Shown piece after piece: positions 9,516-20,227 of a stretch of 64,000 bases of DNA (position 1 is the first letter of the stretch; each line of letters opens with the position of its first letter). The DNA is from an uncultured Candidatus Rokubacteria bacterium. Lineage in GTDB: Bacteria; Methylomirabilota; Methylomirabilia; Rokubacteriales; CSP1-6. Made by a program: the position numbers and the translations under genes. The stretch spans positions 256,001 to 320,000 of the forward strand of contig CAVWFS010000019.1 of NCBI GenBank assembly GCA_963754315.1, read 5' to 3'. The notes under the pieces are model-generated. The model had not been told where the DNA came from. It saw nothing but the letters and a program-made list of their open reading frames with translations, and made no database searches.

Positions 9516-10723
9516 CCGACAAGGAGCTGATCCTCGGCGTCAGCGGGTCGATCGCGGCTTACAAAGCCGTCTATCTGCTGCGGGAGCTGACTCGCCTAGG
9601 AGCGCGGGTCACCGTCTGCCTCACCGAACACGCGCGCGAGTTCGTAGGCCCGTTGACCTTTCGTACGCTCTCCGGGCGGGCGGTGCTCACGAACCTGTTC
9701 GATCCTGAGAGCGAGGAGGCCGTGGAGCACGTCGCTCTCGCCGAGCGGGCCGACGGTATCCTGGTAGCCCCTGCCACCGCCAATCTCATTGCCAAGGCTG
9801 CCCATGGTATCGCCGACGATGCCCTCACTACCCTGCTCCTCGCTGCTCGCGGCCCCGTGCTCATGGCCCCGGCCATGGACGGGGGAATGTGGGACCACCC
9901 GGCCGTGGTATCGAACGTGGCCCTTCTGCGTCAGCGGGGCCTCACCGTGCTCGAACCCGACACGGGTCCCCTCGCCTCGGGTCTCCGCGGCAAAGGACGC
10001 CTGCCCGAGGTCGCGGTCATCCTCGAGACGATGGCCGGGCTCCTCAATCCCGTTCGCGATCTGGCCGGGGATCGGATCGTAGTCACGGCGGGGCCCACCC
10101 GTGAACCGATCGATCCGGTTCGGTACATCTCCAACCGCTCCTCCGGAAAAATGGGCTATCGCCTGGCCGCAGCCGCCTTGCGGCGCGGAGCGGCCGTCAC
10201 CCTCGTTTCGGGGCCCACCAGCATCACGCCACCGGCCGGCGCGCGGTTTGTCTCCGTGGAGACCGCCGAGGAGATGAGGGAGGCGGTGCTCCATCACAGC
10301 CAAAGCGCCACCGTCGTCATCAAGGCGGCGGCCGTGGCCGACTATCGTGTGAAGGATCCCGCCGCCGCCAAGATCAAGGGCAAGCAGGACCTGACCCTCT
10401 TCCTTACGGCCAACCCGGACATCCTCCGTGAGGTGGCTGCGGCTCGGACGGGGGCCTTCATGGTGGGGTTTGCGGCGGAGACGCACGACGTCGCCGCCAA
10501 CGCGCAGGTCAAGCTGAAGAGCAAGGGCATCGACCTGCTGGTGGCAAACGACGTAAGCCAGGCGGGCATCGGATTCGACGCGGAGGACAACGAGGTGCTG
10601 TTGCTCGACCGGTGGGGTGGACGGCGTGCGCTCCCGCGCATGCCCAAAAGCGAGGTGGCGGACGCGATCCTGAGCCACGTGATCGCGCTGCGCGCCACCG
10701 TGCCGACCGGAGCTGGCCGGTGA
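9512..10723 (+). CDS. coaBC: Phosphopantothenoylcysteine decarboxylase/ligase
   Basis: GSIAAYKA, APATAN, VTAGPTREPIDPVRYISNRSSGKMG, VGFAAET. Confidence 0.96.
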   Translation: MTDKELILGVSGSIAAYKAVYLLRELTRLGARVTVCLTEHAREFVGPLTFRTLSGRAVLTNLFDPESEEAVEHVALAERADGILVAPATANLIAKAAHGIADDALTTLLLAARGPVLMAPAMDGGMWDHPAVVSNVALLRQRGLTVLEPDTGPLASGLRGKGRLPEVAVILETMAGLLNPVRDLAGDRIVVTAGPTREPIDPVRYISNRSSGKMGYRLAAAALRRGAAVTLVSGPTSITPPAGARFVSVETAEEMREAVLHHSQSATVVIKAAAVADYRVKDPAAAKIKGKQDLTLFLTANPDILREVAAARTGAFMVGFAAETHDVAANAQVKLKSKGIDLLVANDVSQAGIGFDAEDNEVLLLDRWGGRRALPRMPKSEVADAILSHVIALRATVPTGAGR

Positions 10724-11412
10724 GCGGTCAACGTGCAGGCGAGATGTTGGCGGACGCCTTGGGCGCACTCGGGGCGACCTTGCGACATTACCGCGATCTT
10801 GGATTGACGGAGCTTCCCCTTCTCGGGGATGTGCTACCAGGCCCCGCGGAAGCGCTCCAGGCCCAGGAGCGCAACCTACAGGGATGCTCCCGCTGCAAAC
10901 TGTGTGGGGGCCGATCCACCATCGTCTTCGGCTCCGGTAACCCCCAGGCCGATCTCGTGGTCATCGGCGAGGGGCCCGGCGCCGACGAAGACCTTCAGGG
11001 GAAGCCTTTCGTAGGCCGGGCTGGACAGCTACTGACCAGGATGCTGGAGTCCGTGCAGATCTCTCGCGACGAGGTCTACATCACGAACACCGTCAAGTGC
11101 CGTCCACCAGGAAACCGTAATCCGGAGGGAGACGAGCTGGCTGCTTGCGCGCCGTTCCTGGCTGCCCAGCTTGGGGTCCTCCAACCCAAGGTCATTCTCG
11201 CCCTTGGGAGCGTGGCAACCCAGGCGTTGCTGAAGACCAAGGAGCCGATCGGCAGGCTGCGCGGCCGCTTGCACCCCTACGGGTCTATCGTGCTCGTCCC
11301 GACCTTCCACCCAGCATTTCTCTTGCGGAATCCCGGGCAGGACTACAAGCGCATGGCGTGGGACGATCTCAAGCTCGCCAAGCGGGAGTACGATCGGCGA
11401 CGAACACCCTGA
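10720..11412 (+). CDS. Uracil-DNA glycosylase family 4 (Fe-S)
   Basis: CSRCKLC, GEGPGADED, PFVGRAG, VKCRPPGNR, TFHPAFLLRN; GTG start overlaps the coaBC stop. Confidence 0.9.
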   Translation: MSGQRAGEMLADALGALGATLRHYRDLGLTELPLLGDVLPGPAEALQAQERNLQGCSRCKLCGGRSTIVFGSGNPQADLVVIGEGPGADEDLQGKPFVGRAGQLLTRMLESVQISRDEVYITNTVKCRPPGNRNPEGDELAACAPFLAAQLGVLQPKVILALGSVATQALLKTKEPIGRLRGRLHPYGSIVLVPTFHPAFLLRNPGQDYKRMAWDDLKLAKREYDRRRTP

Positions 11413-11426
11413 CGCACTGCCTCCCC

Positions 11427-13273
11427 ATGATCGCGGACGTCGTCTTCGACGTTCCGATCGACCACCCCTTCTCGTACCGGGTGCCGGATGGCTGGTCGCT
11501 CGTCGTGGGGCAGCGAGTCCTCGCACCTCTTCGCGGCTCCCCACGGCTGGGCATGGTCGTCGCGCTCCGAGCGGGCGCCGACGACGATCTCAAGCCGGTC
11601 CGGGGCATCGTCGAGCAGGATCCAGTCCTCGCCTCCGCGCAGCTCGACCTTGCCAGATGGATCGCCCACGAATCGCTCTCGAGCTTAGGCTCTACGTGCG
11701 CGGCACTGACGCCTCCCGTAGTGTTGGACGAGGCGAGCCGCCCCCGCCAAACCTCACGCGTGGAACCTGAAGGTGGGCACCCTCCGTTTGCACTCCCGTC
11801 GTCATCCAGTCCGGAATGCGAGCTGCTCATTGGCTCTGGCCGTGAGCGGCGCGTCCTCGAGCGCATTGCGTCGGCCGAGTTCCGTGCTGCTGCTGGCCGC
11901 GGACATCGAGGGCTGCGCCCGCTGGGCTCAGCGCCTGGAGAAGATCGACCGCGTGGCTCGGCTCGACTCCGGGGCCTCCGACGACGAGCGGGTGTCAGGG
12001 TGGCGAGAGCTCGGCGCCGGCACTGTCCGGTTGGCGGTGGGAACACGGTCTGCCCTTTTGGCCCCCCTGCCCGCCGGTGCGACCCTCGTCATGCTCGACG
12101 AACATGAGAGCACCCACAACCCCCCCGGGGCCCCCCGCATCCACGCCCGCGAGCTCGTGCTCGAGCGCGCCCGTCGTCAGCGCCTGACAGCCCTCTTCAC
12201 ATCCGCCACACCGAGCGTGGAGATGTGGCAGCGGGTTGAGGCTCGCGACGTTGCCCTGAACGCCGCTCCCTCATCGGCGTGGCCAAGCGTGGCGATCGGG
12301 GACACGCGTGGCATTCTCAGGCGGGAGGCGCTGACGCCGCTCCTCGCCCGCGAGATACGGGAGACGCTCGCGGCAGGGCGGCGGGTGTTCCTCGGTATCA
12401 GTCGCCTTGCGTCGGCGCTCGCCTGCGACGAGTGCGGAATAGTCGTGCGTTGCGAGCGCTGCGGTCTCGCGCTTGCGTACTCTCGCACCGCTGCCACGCT
12501 CGTGTGTCGGCTGTGCAGCGCGACGGTCCCTTTGCCCAACCGATGCCCCGCCTGTCAGGGCCATCGACTGTCGCCGTTTGGTTGGGGAGCGGAACGTGTG
12601 GAGCACGCGGTGCGCCGGCGGTTCGCCAGGGCTCGGGTAGCGCGCTACGATCCCACGACCCGCGGCGCGCGGGCGGAGATGCAACGGGCGGCGGCAGCGG
12701 CGGCCGATGTCGTGATCGGCACGCGGGCGGCACTGCGGTTGTTCGGGCCAGCCTCGCTTGGCCTGGCGGCCTTCGTGTCACCCGACCAATTGCTGCGTCT
12801 ACCCGACTTTCGCGCAGGAGAACAAGCCTTCGCCTGGATCTGGGCCGCCGCGGAACGCGTACAGCCCGACGGGCGCGTCATTGTCCAGTCGCAGAATCCC
12901 TCCCACTATGTGTTCGACGCCGTAGCCCGCGGGGATCTGGCGAGCTTCTATCGCCACGAGCTCGAGTTCCGGCGGGAGCTCGGCTATCCCCCGTTTCGTC
13001 GCCTGGCCGTGATCACCATGCGGGGTCGGACGGACGAAGAATCCCAGAGCCTCGCCAATCGGCTGGTGCGCCGCTCTGTCGGGGGTGAGCTCCCTGACCG
13101 TGTACCCGCCCCCTACAGGCGGCGGAAAGGCGCGGGCGCGCCAGGTCGTTGTGAAGGGCGGACACGACCTGCCGGGCTTGCTCCGCGCGGGATTGGGGGA
13201 GTTCCTCCAGCCAGCGGCGCGCGCTCGCGGTATCATGGAGGTGGAGGTCGACCCCGTCGAATGGCCGTCCTGA
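11427..13273 (+). CDS. priA: Primosomal protein N' with degenerate helicase motifs; two +1 frameshifts (~11880, ~13068)
   Basis: N-terminal FSYRVP/GQRVLAPL, GTRSALLAPL, SATPS, four CxxC, PDFRAGE, YPPF, C-terminal EVDP; spans three frames; located before def-fmt. Confidence 0.85.
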
Positions 13274-13785
13274 AGATACGACGCTATGGTGATCCGGTCC
13301 TGCGGGCCAAGGCCACGCCTGTCACCGGGATCACCACAGAGATACGCAGGATGGTTGACGACATGATCGAGACCATGTACGACGAGGTGGGCATTGGCCT
13401 CGCCGCCTCCCAGGTCGGTATCTTGCTGCGCCTCATGATCGTGGGCGACGAGAACGGAGGCCACGCGCGCGCCCTCGTCAATCCCGTCATTGCCGAGAGC
13501 GGTGGTCAGGTGACCGCAGAGGAAGGGTGTCTCTCGATACCCGGCGTGTTTGCGCAGGTGACGCGCGCAGCCTGGGTGAAACTGGACGCGCAGGACCTCG
13601 ACGGCAAGCCAGTTTCGATCCACGCCCGCGGGCTGCAGGCACGCGTCTTCCAGCACGAGATGGATCATCTCGACGGCATCCTTTTCATTGACCGCCTCGA
13701 GCCGGTTCAGCGAGACCGCATCAAGCGGAAGATCAAGAAGGAAGGTCTGCGCGCCGATTCACCGCATCACTCAGCCGCACTGTAG
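13261..13785 (+). CDS. def: Peptide deformylase
   Basis: YGDPVLR, GIGLAASQVG, EGCLSIPG, QHEMDHLDG; ATG at 13261. Confidence 0.96.
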   Translation: MAVLKIRRYGDPVLRAKATPVTGITTEIRRMVDDMIETMYDEVGIGLAASQVGILLRLMIVGDENGGHARALVNPVIAESGGQVTAEEGCLSIPGVFAQVTRAAWVKLDAQDLDGKPVSIHARGLQARVFQHEMDHLDGILFIDRLEPVQRDRIKRKIKKEGLRADSPHHSAAL

Positions 13786-13786
13786 A

Positions 13787-13862
13787 ATGGGGGGCCCCGA
13801 AATGGCCCCCCATGGCCCCCCAACGCTCGGGGTCCCCAGGAAAACTCGGGGCACCCCTCGAT
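13787..13862 (+). repeat. ~75-bp palindromic intergenic repeat, same family as 34229-34389
   Basis: ATGGGGGGCC-ccgaaat-GGCCCCCCAT hairpin, then GCCCCCC..CGCTCG..CCCC..GGGGC..CTCGAT; aligns with the reverse complement of the 34.3-kb copies. Confidence 0.75.
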
Positions 13863-13889
13863 GTGCCGCGCGGTTCTGAGGCTCTTGAT

Positions 13890-14813
13890 TTGCGAGTGCT
13901 GTTCTACGGGACACCTGCCTTCGCCCTGCCCACCTTGGAGGCGTTGATCCGGGATCACCAGGTGGTCGCTGTGGTGACGCAGCCGGATCGGCCAGCCCAC
14001 CGCGGCCAGCGACTGACGGCGTCGCCCGTGAAGGAGCGTGCGCGGGCGGCGGGGATTCCCGTCCTGCAACCCACTCGAGTGCGTGATCCGGAGTGGCCGG
14101 AGCGGCTCCGTGCGTACAGCTCCGAGGTCGGCGTGGTGGTCGCGTTCGGCCAGATTCTGCCGAGAGCCGTCTTGGATGTTCCGGCGCGCGGATGCCTCAA
14201 CGTTCATGCGTCTCTGCTCCCACGGTATCGGGGGGCCGCCCCTATCGCGTGGGCCATCATTCGCGGCGAGACAGAGACCGGCATCAGCATCATGCAGATG
14301 GACGAGGGCATGGACACCGGGCCTGTGCTCTTTACCTCGCGCACGCCCATCGGACCAGACGAGACGGCCGCCGACTTGGCCGGTCGGCTCGCCACCCTGG
14401 GTGGACGGGCGCTCATCGAAGTCCTTGCCCAGCTCGATCGCCTCGCTCCCGTCCCGCAAGCGGACACCGAGGCGACGCTGGCCCCTCGCCTCAAGAAGAC
14501 CGACGGGAACATCGACTGGACACGCCCGGCCTGCGATCTCGTGAACCTCGTGCGCGGGTGCAACCCTTGGCCCGGAGCCCATACGCGCACGCCGACAGGC
14601 GGACTGTTGATCTGGAAAGCCATCGCCGTCCCTGAGGCACGTGCCGAGGCGCCGGGGACACTTGTCGCGCAGGGCGCTTGCATTGCCATTGCGACCTCGG
14701 CAGGAGCGTTTCTACCTCTCGAAGTCCAGGCCGAGGGCCGGCGCGCCATGTCCTGGGAGGAGTACCTTCGCGGCGCCCGGCTCGCGCCGGGCGCTACCTT
14801 CGGCCAGCGGTGA
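13890..14813 (+). CDS. fmt: Methionyl-tRNA formyltransferase
   Basis: (M)RVLFYGTPAFA, VVTQPDRP, NVHASLLPRYRGAAPI, MDTG; TTG start with GAGG 8 nt upstream. Confidence 0.95.
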   Translation: MRVLFYGTPAFALPTLEALIRDHQVVAVVTQPDRPAHRGQRLTASPVKERARAAGIPVLQPTRVRDPEWPERLRAYSSEVGVVVAFGQILPRAVLDVPARGCLNVHASLLPRYRGAAPIAWAIIRGETETGISIMQMDEGMDTGPVLFTSRTPIGPDETAADLAGRLATLGGRALIEVLAQLDRLAPVPQADTEATLAPRLKKTDGNIDWTRPACDLVNLVRGCNPWPGAHTRTPTGGLLIWKAIAVPEARAEAPGTLVAQGACIAIATSAGAFLPLEVQAEGRRAMSWEEYLRGARLAPGATFGQR

Positions 14814-16150
14814 GCGAGCCTTCTCCAGCGCGGGCGGTGGCGATCCACGTTCTCGAGCGGGTTGCCCGCGACGGCGCCTTCGCCGACCTCGCTCTCGATG
14901 CCGCCCTCGCCCGCCAGCGCCTGAGCATGCGCGATGCCGCCCTTGCCACCGAACTGACCTTCGGAACCTTGCGCTGGCAACGCTACCTCGACTGGGTGCT
15001 GGCGCCGCACTCGCGCCGACCGCTCGAGTCGCTGGAGGCAAGAGTGCTGGCGGCCGTGCGTGTCGCCGCCTACCAGATCGTCTTCCTTGAGCGCATCCCG
15101 CCGTTCGCGGCCGTCAACGACGCGGTGTCTCTGGCCGGCACCAAACCGGGTATCGGCGGGTTCGTCAACGCCGTGCTGCGCGCCTTCGCGCGCCGGGGAA
15201 CACGTGAGCGTGAACCGGCCGCACCGCTCAATCCAGTCGAAGCGATCGCGCTTCGCTGCTCGTTCCCGACGTGGCTGGCGGCGCGTTGGATGGACCGGTA
15301 TGGCCTCGAGGACGCACGGTCGCTCATGCTTGCGATGAACGAGCGCCCGCCCCTCACCGTCAGGGCGAACACCCTGCGTCTCTCACGGGAGGAGCTGGCC
15401 CGTCGGCTTCGTGCGGAGGAGAAGCGCACGTCGACATTGACGCCGCACGCCCCGGAAGGCCTCGTGGTTCCCCACGGCGGTGGCCCTCCCGCCTCGTGGC
15501 GCGTCTTCGACGAGGGCGCATGCGCCGTCCAGGACGAAGCCTCGATGCTGGTGGCGCACCTGGTCGGAGCCATGCCCGGAGATATGGTGGCGGACGTGTG
15601 CGCCGCACCGGGAACGAAGACCACTCACCTGGCCCAGCTCATGGCCAACCGAGGCCGGATTCTCGCCTTCGATCGCGAGCCGTCGCGGCTACAGCGCGTG
15701 AACGAGGGGGCGGCTCGCCTTGGTGTCTCGATCATCGAGACTGGGTCGGGGTCGGTGGAGTCCCACGCGCCGAGGTATGCGTCCTCCTGCGACGCCGTCC
15801 TCGTGGACGCTCCCTGCTCGAACCTGGGCGTGTTGCGTCGTCACCCTGACGTGAAGTGGCGGCGTCAGCCTGACGAGCTGGCCAAAAGCGCCACGGAGCA
15901 ACGCAGGATTCTCCAGGCGGCAGCCACGATGGTCCGGCCCGGCGGCCGCCTCGTCTACGCGACCTGCTCTCTCGAGCCCGAGGAGAACGAGGAGGTCGTT
16001 CGCGATCTGCTGACGATACGCGATGATCTCACCATCGACCCGCCACCGTCCTTTCCGATTCCCCTCGACATGACCGGCGCTCTCCGCCTCTTCCCGCATC
16101 GGCATGGCACGGACGGGTTCACTGCCATCCGGCTGCGCCGGAGGCTATGA
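14810..16150 (+). CDS. rsmB: 16S rRNA m5C967 methyltransferase
   Basis: NusB-like N-terminus, VQDEAS, DVCAAPGTKT, VDAPCSNLG, YATCSLEPEENE, TDGF. Confidence 0.93.
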   Translation: MSEPSPARAVAIHVLERVARDGAFADLALDAALARQRLSMRDAALATELTFGTLRWQRYLDWVLAPHSRRPLESLEARVLAAVRVAAYQIVFLERIPPFAAVNDAVSLAGTKPGIGGFVNAVLRAFARRGTREREPAAPLNPVEAIALRCSFPTWLAARWMDRYGLEDARSLMLAMNERPPLTVRANTLRLSREELARRLRAEEKRTSTLTPHAPEGLVVPHGGGPPASWRVFDEGACAVQDEASMLVAHLVGAMPGDMVADVCAAPGTKTTHLAQLMANRGRILAFDREPSRLQRVNEGAARLGVSIIETGSGSVESHAPRYASSCDAVLVDAPCSNLGVLRRHPDVKWRRQPDELAKSATEQRRILQAAATMVRPGGRLVYATCSLEPEENEEVVRDLLTIRDDLTIDPPPSFPIPLDMTGALRLFPHRHGTDGFTAIRLRRRL

Positions 16151-16181
16151 ACGCGCGATTCGACGCGGTATAAGGAGGCAC

Positions 16182-16862
16182 ATGGTCAAGATAGCTCCGT
16201 CCATTCTCGCCGCGGACTTCGGAATCCTCGCCGAGGAGATCGCGCGGGTGGAGGCAGCCGGCGCCGACCAGATCCACATCGACGTCATGGACGGACGTTT
16301 CGTCCCCAACATCTCGATGGGGTTTCCGGTCATCGAGGCCGTCCGCAAGCGCACCCGGCTGCCTCTCGACCTGCACCTGATGATCGTGGAGCCCGAGCGC
16401 TACCTGGCAGACTTTGCCGCCGCGGGCGCCGACCTGTTGACTGTCCATGTTGAAGCCTGCCCCCATCTGCAACGGACCCTCACCGGAATCCGTGAGCTCG
16501 GCGCCAAGGGCCGGCAGCCGATCAAGGCGGGCGCCGCCCTCAACCCCGGAACCCATCCGCAGGCCCTGGATTACGTCGTCGACGACGTCGACCTCGTGCT
16601 GGTGATGTCGGTCAACCCGGGCTTCGGCGGCCAGCAGTTCATCCCGACCGTGTATCCGAAAGTTCGTCAGATCAGAACCCTGTTGGGAACGCGCACGGTG
16701 GACGTTTCCGTGGACGGCGGCGTAAAGGTTGAGCACGCGCGACCTCTGGTCGCGCATGGGGCGTCTGTGCTGGTGGCCGGTTCGGCGGTGTTCTCGGCCG
16801 CCGACCCCGCCCAGGCCATCCGGGATCTACGACGCGCCGCTGCCCCGCCCTCCGGCGGATAG
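16182..16862 (+). CDS. rpe: Ribulose-phosphate 3-epimerase
   Basis: IAPSILAADF, HIDVMDGRFVPN, DLHLM, MSVNPGFGGQ, VDGG; SD TAAGGAGG. Confidence 0.96.
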   Translation: MVKIAPSILAADFGILAEEIARVEAAGADQIHIDVMDGRFVPNISMGFPVIEAVRKRTRLPLDLHLMIVEPERYLADFAAAGADLLTVHVEACPHLQRTLTGIRELGAKGRQPIKAGAALNPGTHPQALDYVVDDVDLVLVMSVNPGFGGQQFIPTVYPKVRQIRTLLGTRTVDVSVDGGVKVEHARPLVAHGASVLVAGSAVFSAADPAQAIRDLRRAAAPPSGG

Positions 16863-16875
16863 TCACCACCTCTAG

Positions 16876-16904
16876 TTGAAATTCACGCCGTCTTTCCGTA
16901 CCCT
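16876..16904 (+). promoter_or_regulatory. Putative sigma70 promoter TTGAAA-N17-TACCCT for ffh
   Basis: 17-nt spacer; ATG 11 nt downstream; no SD. Confidence 0.55.
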
Positions 16905-16915
16905 TAACTGTTCCC

Positions 16916-18271
16916 ATGTTCGACACCCTGAGCACTCGACTGCAAGGTATCTTCGACCGGCTAGGCAGCCGCGGCCGCCTGACCGAAGACAACATCCAGG
17001 AAGCCATGCGCGAGGTCCGGGTGGCCTTGCTCGAAGCCGACGTCAACTTCAAGGTCGTGCGGGCCTTCGTGGACGCGGTCAAGGACAAGGCCGTCGGGCA
17101 GGACGTCCTTCGATCGCTGACACCCGCTCAGCAGGTCGTGAAGATCGTCCATGACGAGCTGATCCAGCTCCTGGGCGGCAGCGGTCATCGTCTGGCCATG
17201 GCCTCGGCCCCACCTACCATCGTCATGCTGATAGGCCTGCAGGGTTCCGGCAAGACGACCACGGCCGCCAAGCTTGCCCGACTGTACGCCCGGCAAGGAC
17301 AGCATCCGATCCTGGCCGCCGCCGATACGTATCGGCCGGCTGCTCAGGACCAGCTCCGGACCCTTGGCGCTCAGCTCAATGTTCCCGTCGTCTCTGGCGA
17401 GGCTGGCCAGACGCCGCTCGCGATCTGTCGAGCGGCCCGGGAGGAGGCGGCCGCCCGAGGTCTCACTCCGCTGATCCTTGACACGGCCGGCCGGCTGCAC
17501 ATCGACGAGCCAATGCTCGAGGAGCTGCAGAAGATCAGAGCCGACGTGAAGCCGCACCACATTCTCCTGGTGGTCGACGCCATGACCGGCCAGGACGCGC
17601 TCACGGTAGCGGATCGCTTCAACAAAGCGGTCGGTATCGACGCTGTCGTCCTCACCAAGCTGGACGGAGACTCCCGGGGGGGCGCGGCACTGTCGGTACG
17701 GCACGTGACGGGACGCCCCATCGCGTTCGTGGGGGTGGGAGAGAAGACCGATGCCCTGGAGCCCTTCCATCCGGAGCGGATAGCCTCGCGGATTCTGGGC
17801 ATGGGCGACGTGCTGTCACTCGTCGAGCGGGCGCAGGAGTCCGTCGACCAGGAGAAGGCAGCAGCGCTCGTCAAGAAGCTACGCGAGGACAGCTTCACGC
17901 TCGAGGATTTCCGCGATCAGCTTCGCCAGGTCAAGCAGATGGGCCCGCTCGACCAGATCATGGGCATGATTCCGGGTATCGGCAAGCTCTTCAAGGGCGC
18001 GCCCACAGAGCTGGACAAGGAAACGGCCGACCTCGGGCGATTCGATGCGATCATCTCGTCCATGACGCCGAGTGAGCGGCGGCACCCGGAGGTCATCAAC
18101 GGTAGCCGCCGCCAGCGAATCGCCCGCGGGAGCGGTACCACCGTGCAGGACGTGAACCGCCTGCTCAAGCAACACGCACAGCTCAGAAAGATGATGAAGC
18201 AGTTCAAGGGGCTCGAGGGACGCCTCGGACGCACGCGAGGATTGCCGGGGTTTCCAGGCCTGAGGGGGTGA
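16916..18271 (+). CDS. ffh: Signal recognition particle protein
   Basis: [34 protein letters not shown] domain [11 protein letters not shown]. Confidence 0.97.
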   Translation: MFDTLSTRLQGIFDRLGSRGRLTEDNIQEAMREVRVALLEADVNFKVVRAFVDAVKDKAVGQDVLRSLTPAQQVVKIVHDELIQLLGGSGHRLAMASAPPTIVMLIGLQGSGKTTTAAKLARLYARQGQHPILAAADTYRPAAQDQLRTLGAQLNVPVVSGEAGQTPLAICRAAREEAAARGLTPLILDTAGRLHIDEPMLEELQKIRADVKPHHILLVVDAMTGQDALTVADRFNKAVGIDAVVLTKLDGDSRGGAALSVRHVTGRPIAFVGVGEKTDALEPFHPERIASRILGMGDVLSLVERAQESVDQEKAAALVKKLREDSFTLEDFRDQLRQVKQMGPLDQIMGMIPGIGKLFKGAPTELDKETADLGRFDAIISSMTPSERRHPEVINGSRRQRIARGSGTTVQDVNRLLKQHAQLRKMMKQFKGLEGRLGRTRGLPGFPGLRG

Positions 18272-18275
18272 GCAC

Positions 18276-18521
18276 GTGTCAGTATCGATTCGTCTGAGGA
18301 GAATGGGGTCGTCACGGCGGCCCAGGTACCGGGTCGTGGTGGCCGATTCACGGTCCCCGCGCGACGGGCGATTCATCGAGATCATCGGGCACTACAATCC
18401 GCTGACCGAGCCGCCGACCGTCAAGATCGATCGGGAGCGGGCCGCCAACTGGATCGCCAAGGGCGCGCAACCCTCGAACACGGTCAAACGGCTGATCGCC
18501 AACGTCAAGGATGCCGGATAG
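18276..18521 (+). CDS. rpsP: 30S ribosomal protein S16
   Basis: [35 protein letters not shown]. Confidence 0.96.
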   Translation: MSVSIRLRRMGSSRRPRYRVVVADSRSPRDGRFIEIIGHYNPLTEPPTVKIDRERAANWIAKGAQPSNTVKRLIANVKDAG

Positions 18522-19032
18522 CGAGCGCTGGGTGGCCATCGGCGAAATCGGTCGTCCGTACGGCCGAAGCGGTGAGGTGCGTGTCACTCCCCTCACCGAC
18601 GATCTTGATCGGTTCGCCCGCGTTGGCGATTGCGTGTTGCTCGACTCGGCCGGGGGACGGGAACCGCGCCGCCTCACTGCCGCCCGTCGCCAGGATGGCG
18701 GGGTGATCGTGGCGCTGGCCGGTTGCGATTCTCCCGAAGCGGCACGGACACTGGGAGGCCGGCTGCTCGCCATTCCGGAGTCGGAAGTCCTGCCTCTCGA
18801 CGAAGGGCATTTTTACGCTTGGCAGCTCGAGGGGTGTCGGGTGGTGACCGAGGACGGCCAGGAGGTTGGTGGGGTGACCGGCATTGCGGAGACAGCAGCC
18901 CACGATCTGTGGGTGGTGCGGGACGGGGCACGTGAGCACCTTATTCCGGCGGTGGCCGAGATCGTCCGTGAGGTCGATCTGGCGGGGCGACGGGTCGTGA
19001 TCAACCCGCCCGCAGGCCTGCTCGACCTGTAG
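18511..19032 (+). CDS. rimM: 16S rRNA processing protein
   Basis: [29 protein letters not shown]; lies between rpsP and trmD. Confidence 0.93.
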   Translation: MPDSERWVAIGEIGRPYGRSGEVRVTPLTDDLDRFARVGDCVLLDSAGGREPRRLTAARRQDGGVIVALAGCDSPEAARTLGGRLLAIPESEVLPLDEGHFYAWQLEGCRVVTEDGQEVGGVTGIAETAAHDLWVVRDGAREHLIPAVAEIVREVDLAGRRVVINPPAGLLDL

Positions 19033-19052
19033 GGACCTGGTGGCCAGCATCG

Positions 19053-19799
19053 ATGCGCATCGACATCGTGACGCTCTTTCCCCAGATGGTCGCGGTGCCG
19101 CTGACCGAGTCGATGCTCGGACGAGCACGCCAGCGCGGGGTGGTCGACATCCGCGTGGTGAACCTGCGGGATTACGCAGAGGGCAAGCATCGGGTCACCG
19201 ACGACTACCAGTTCGGTGGCGGAGGGGGGATGGTGCTCAAGCCGGAGCCGCTGTTTGCAGCGGTGGCGGCCCTCAGAACGCCGGCGGCGCGGGTGATCTT
19301 GATGGACCCGCGCGGGCGGACGTTCACCCAGCGCGTGGCGGAGGAGCTGTCGCGAGTCCCGCACCTGATCCTTCTGGCCGGTCGCTATGAAGGAGTGGAC
19401 GAGCGGGTGCATGACGTCCTGGCGGACGAAGCGCTGTCCATTGGCGACTACGTCCTGACCGGGGGTGAGCTGCCCGCGCTGGTGGTGACGGACGCGGTGG
19501 TGCGGCTGCTGCCTGGCACCCTGGGAGCCGAGGGGGCGGCCGAACGCGAGTCCTTCGGCAGGGGCGGGTTGCTGGAGCCGCCCCAGTACACGCGCCCGGA
19601 GGAGTTCGCGGGGGCGCGCGTGCCGGCCGTGCTGTTGTCCGGCGACCACGCGCGCATTGCGCGCTGGCGCCGCGTCCAGGCGCTGTGGCGAACGTGGTGC
19701 GTGCGGCGTGATCTACTGGCGGGGGCAATCCTGACGCCGGAGGAACGGACGCTGATCGAGCGCTTTGAGCGCGGGGAGAGGCCGGACGGCCTCGAATGA
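19053..19799 (+). CDS. trmD: tRNA (guanine37-N1) methyltransferase
   Basis: [43 protein letters not shown]. Confidence 0.96.
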   Translation: MRIDIVTLFPQMVAVPLTESMLGRARQRGVVDIRVVNLRDYAEGKHRVTDDYQFGGGGGMVLKPEPLFAAVAALRTPAARVILMDPRGRTFTQRVAEELSRVPHLILLAGRYEGVDERVHDVLADEALSIGDYVLTGGELPALVVTDAVVRLLPGTLGAEGAAERESFGRGGLLEPPQYTRPEEFAGARVPAVLLSGDHARIARWRRVQALWRTWCVRRDLLAGAILTPEERTLIERFERGERPDGLE

Positions 19800-19826
19800 C
19801 CCTGCGATCGGAAAGGGATCGGAATC

Positions 19827-20210
19827 ATGGATGCGATTCGCGTTGTTGAGGCTTCCCAGATCAAGGGGGACCGTGAGGGCTTCGTCCCCGGCGACACTGT
19901 CCGCGTGCAGGTAAAGGTCGTCGAAGGCGAAAAGGAGCGCGTTCAGGCCTTCGAAGGGGTCGTCATCCGTCGACGCGGAGAGGGCTTGCGAGCTTCCTTC
20001 ACGGTGCGCCGCATTTCCTACGGCGTCGGCGTGGAGCGTACGTTTCCCTTGCACTCCCCTCGCATCGACCGCGTGCAGATCGTGCGCCGAAGCCGGGTGC
20101 GGCGGTCCAAGCTCTACTTCCTGCGCGATCTGGCGGGGAAGGCGGCCCGCCTCAAGGAGAAGCGCGCGGCCGTGGTGCCCTCCTCGGGCGAGACGTCAAC
20201 CGAGCAGTAA
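19827..20210 (+). CDS. rplS: 50S ribosomal protein L19
   Basis: [40 protein letters not shown]. Confidence 0.97.
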   Translation: MDAIRVVEASQIKGDREGFVPGDTVRVQVKVVEGEKERVQAFEGVVIRRRGEGLRASFTVRRISYGVGVERTFPLHSPRIDRVQIVRRSRVRRSKLYFLRDLAGKAARLKEKRAAVVPSSGETSTEQ

Positions 20211-20227
20211 TCCCCACGCTCCGGCGC

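Noticed and set aside
11773..13785. Apparent PriA-peptide deformylase fusion (670-aa ORF)
   Set aside because: Artefact of the frameshift near 13068; the PriA C-terminus is in the next frame and def has its own ATG at 13261
18276..19032. No KH-domain (khpA) gene between rpsP and rimM
   Set aside because: This arrangement is ordinary in many phyla
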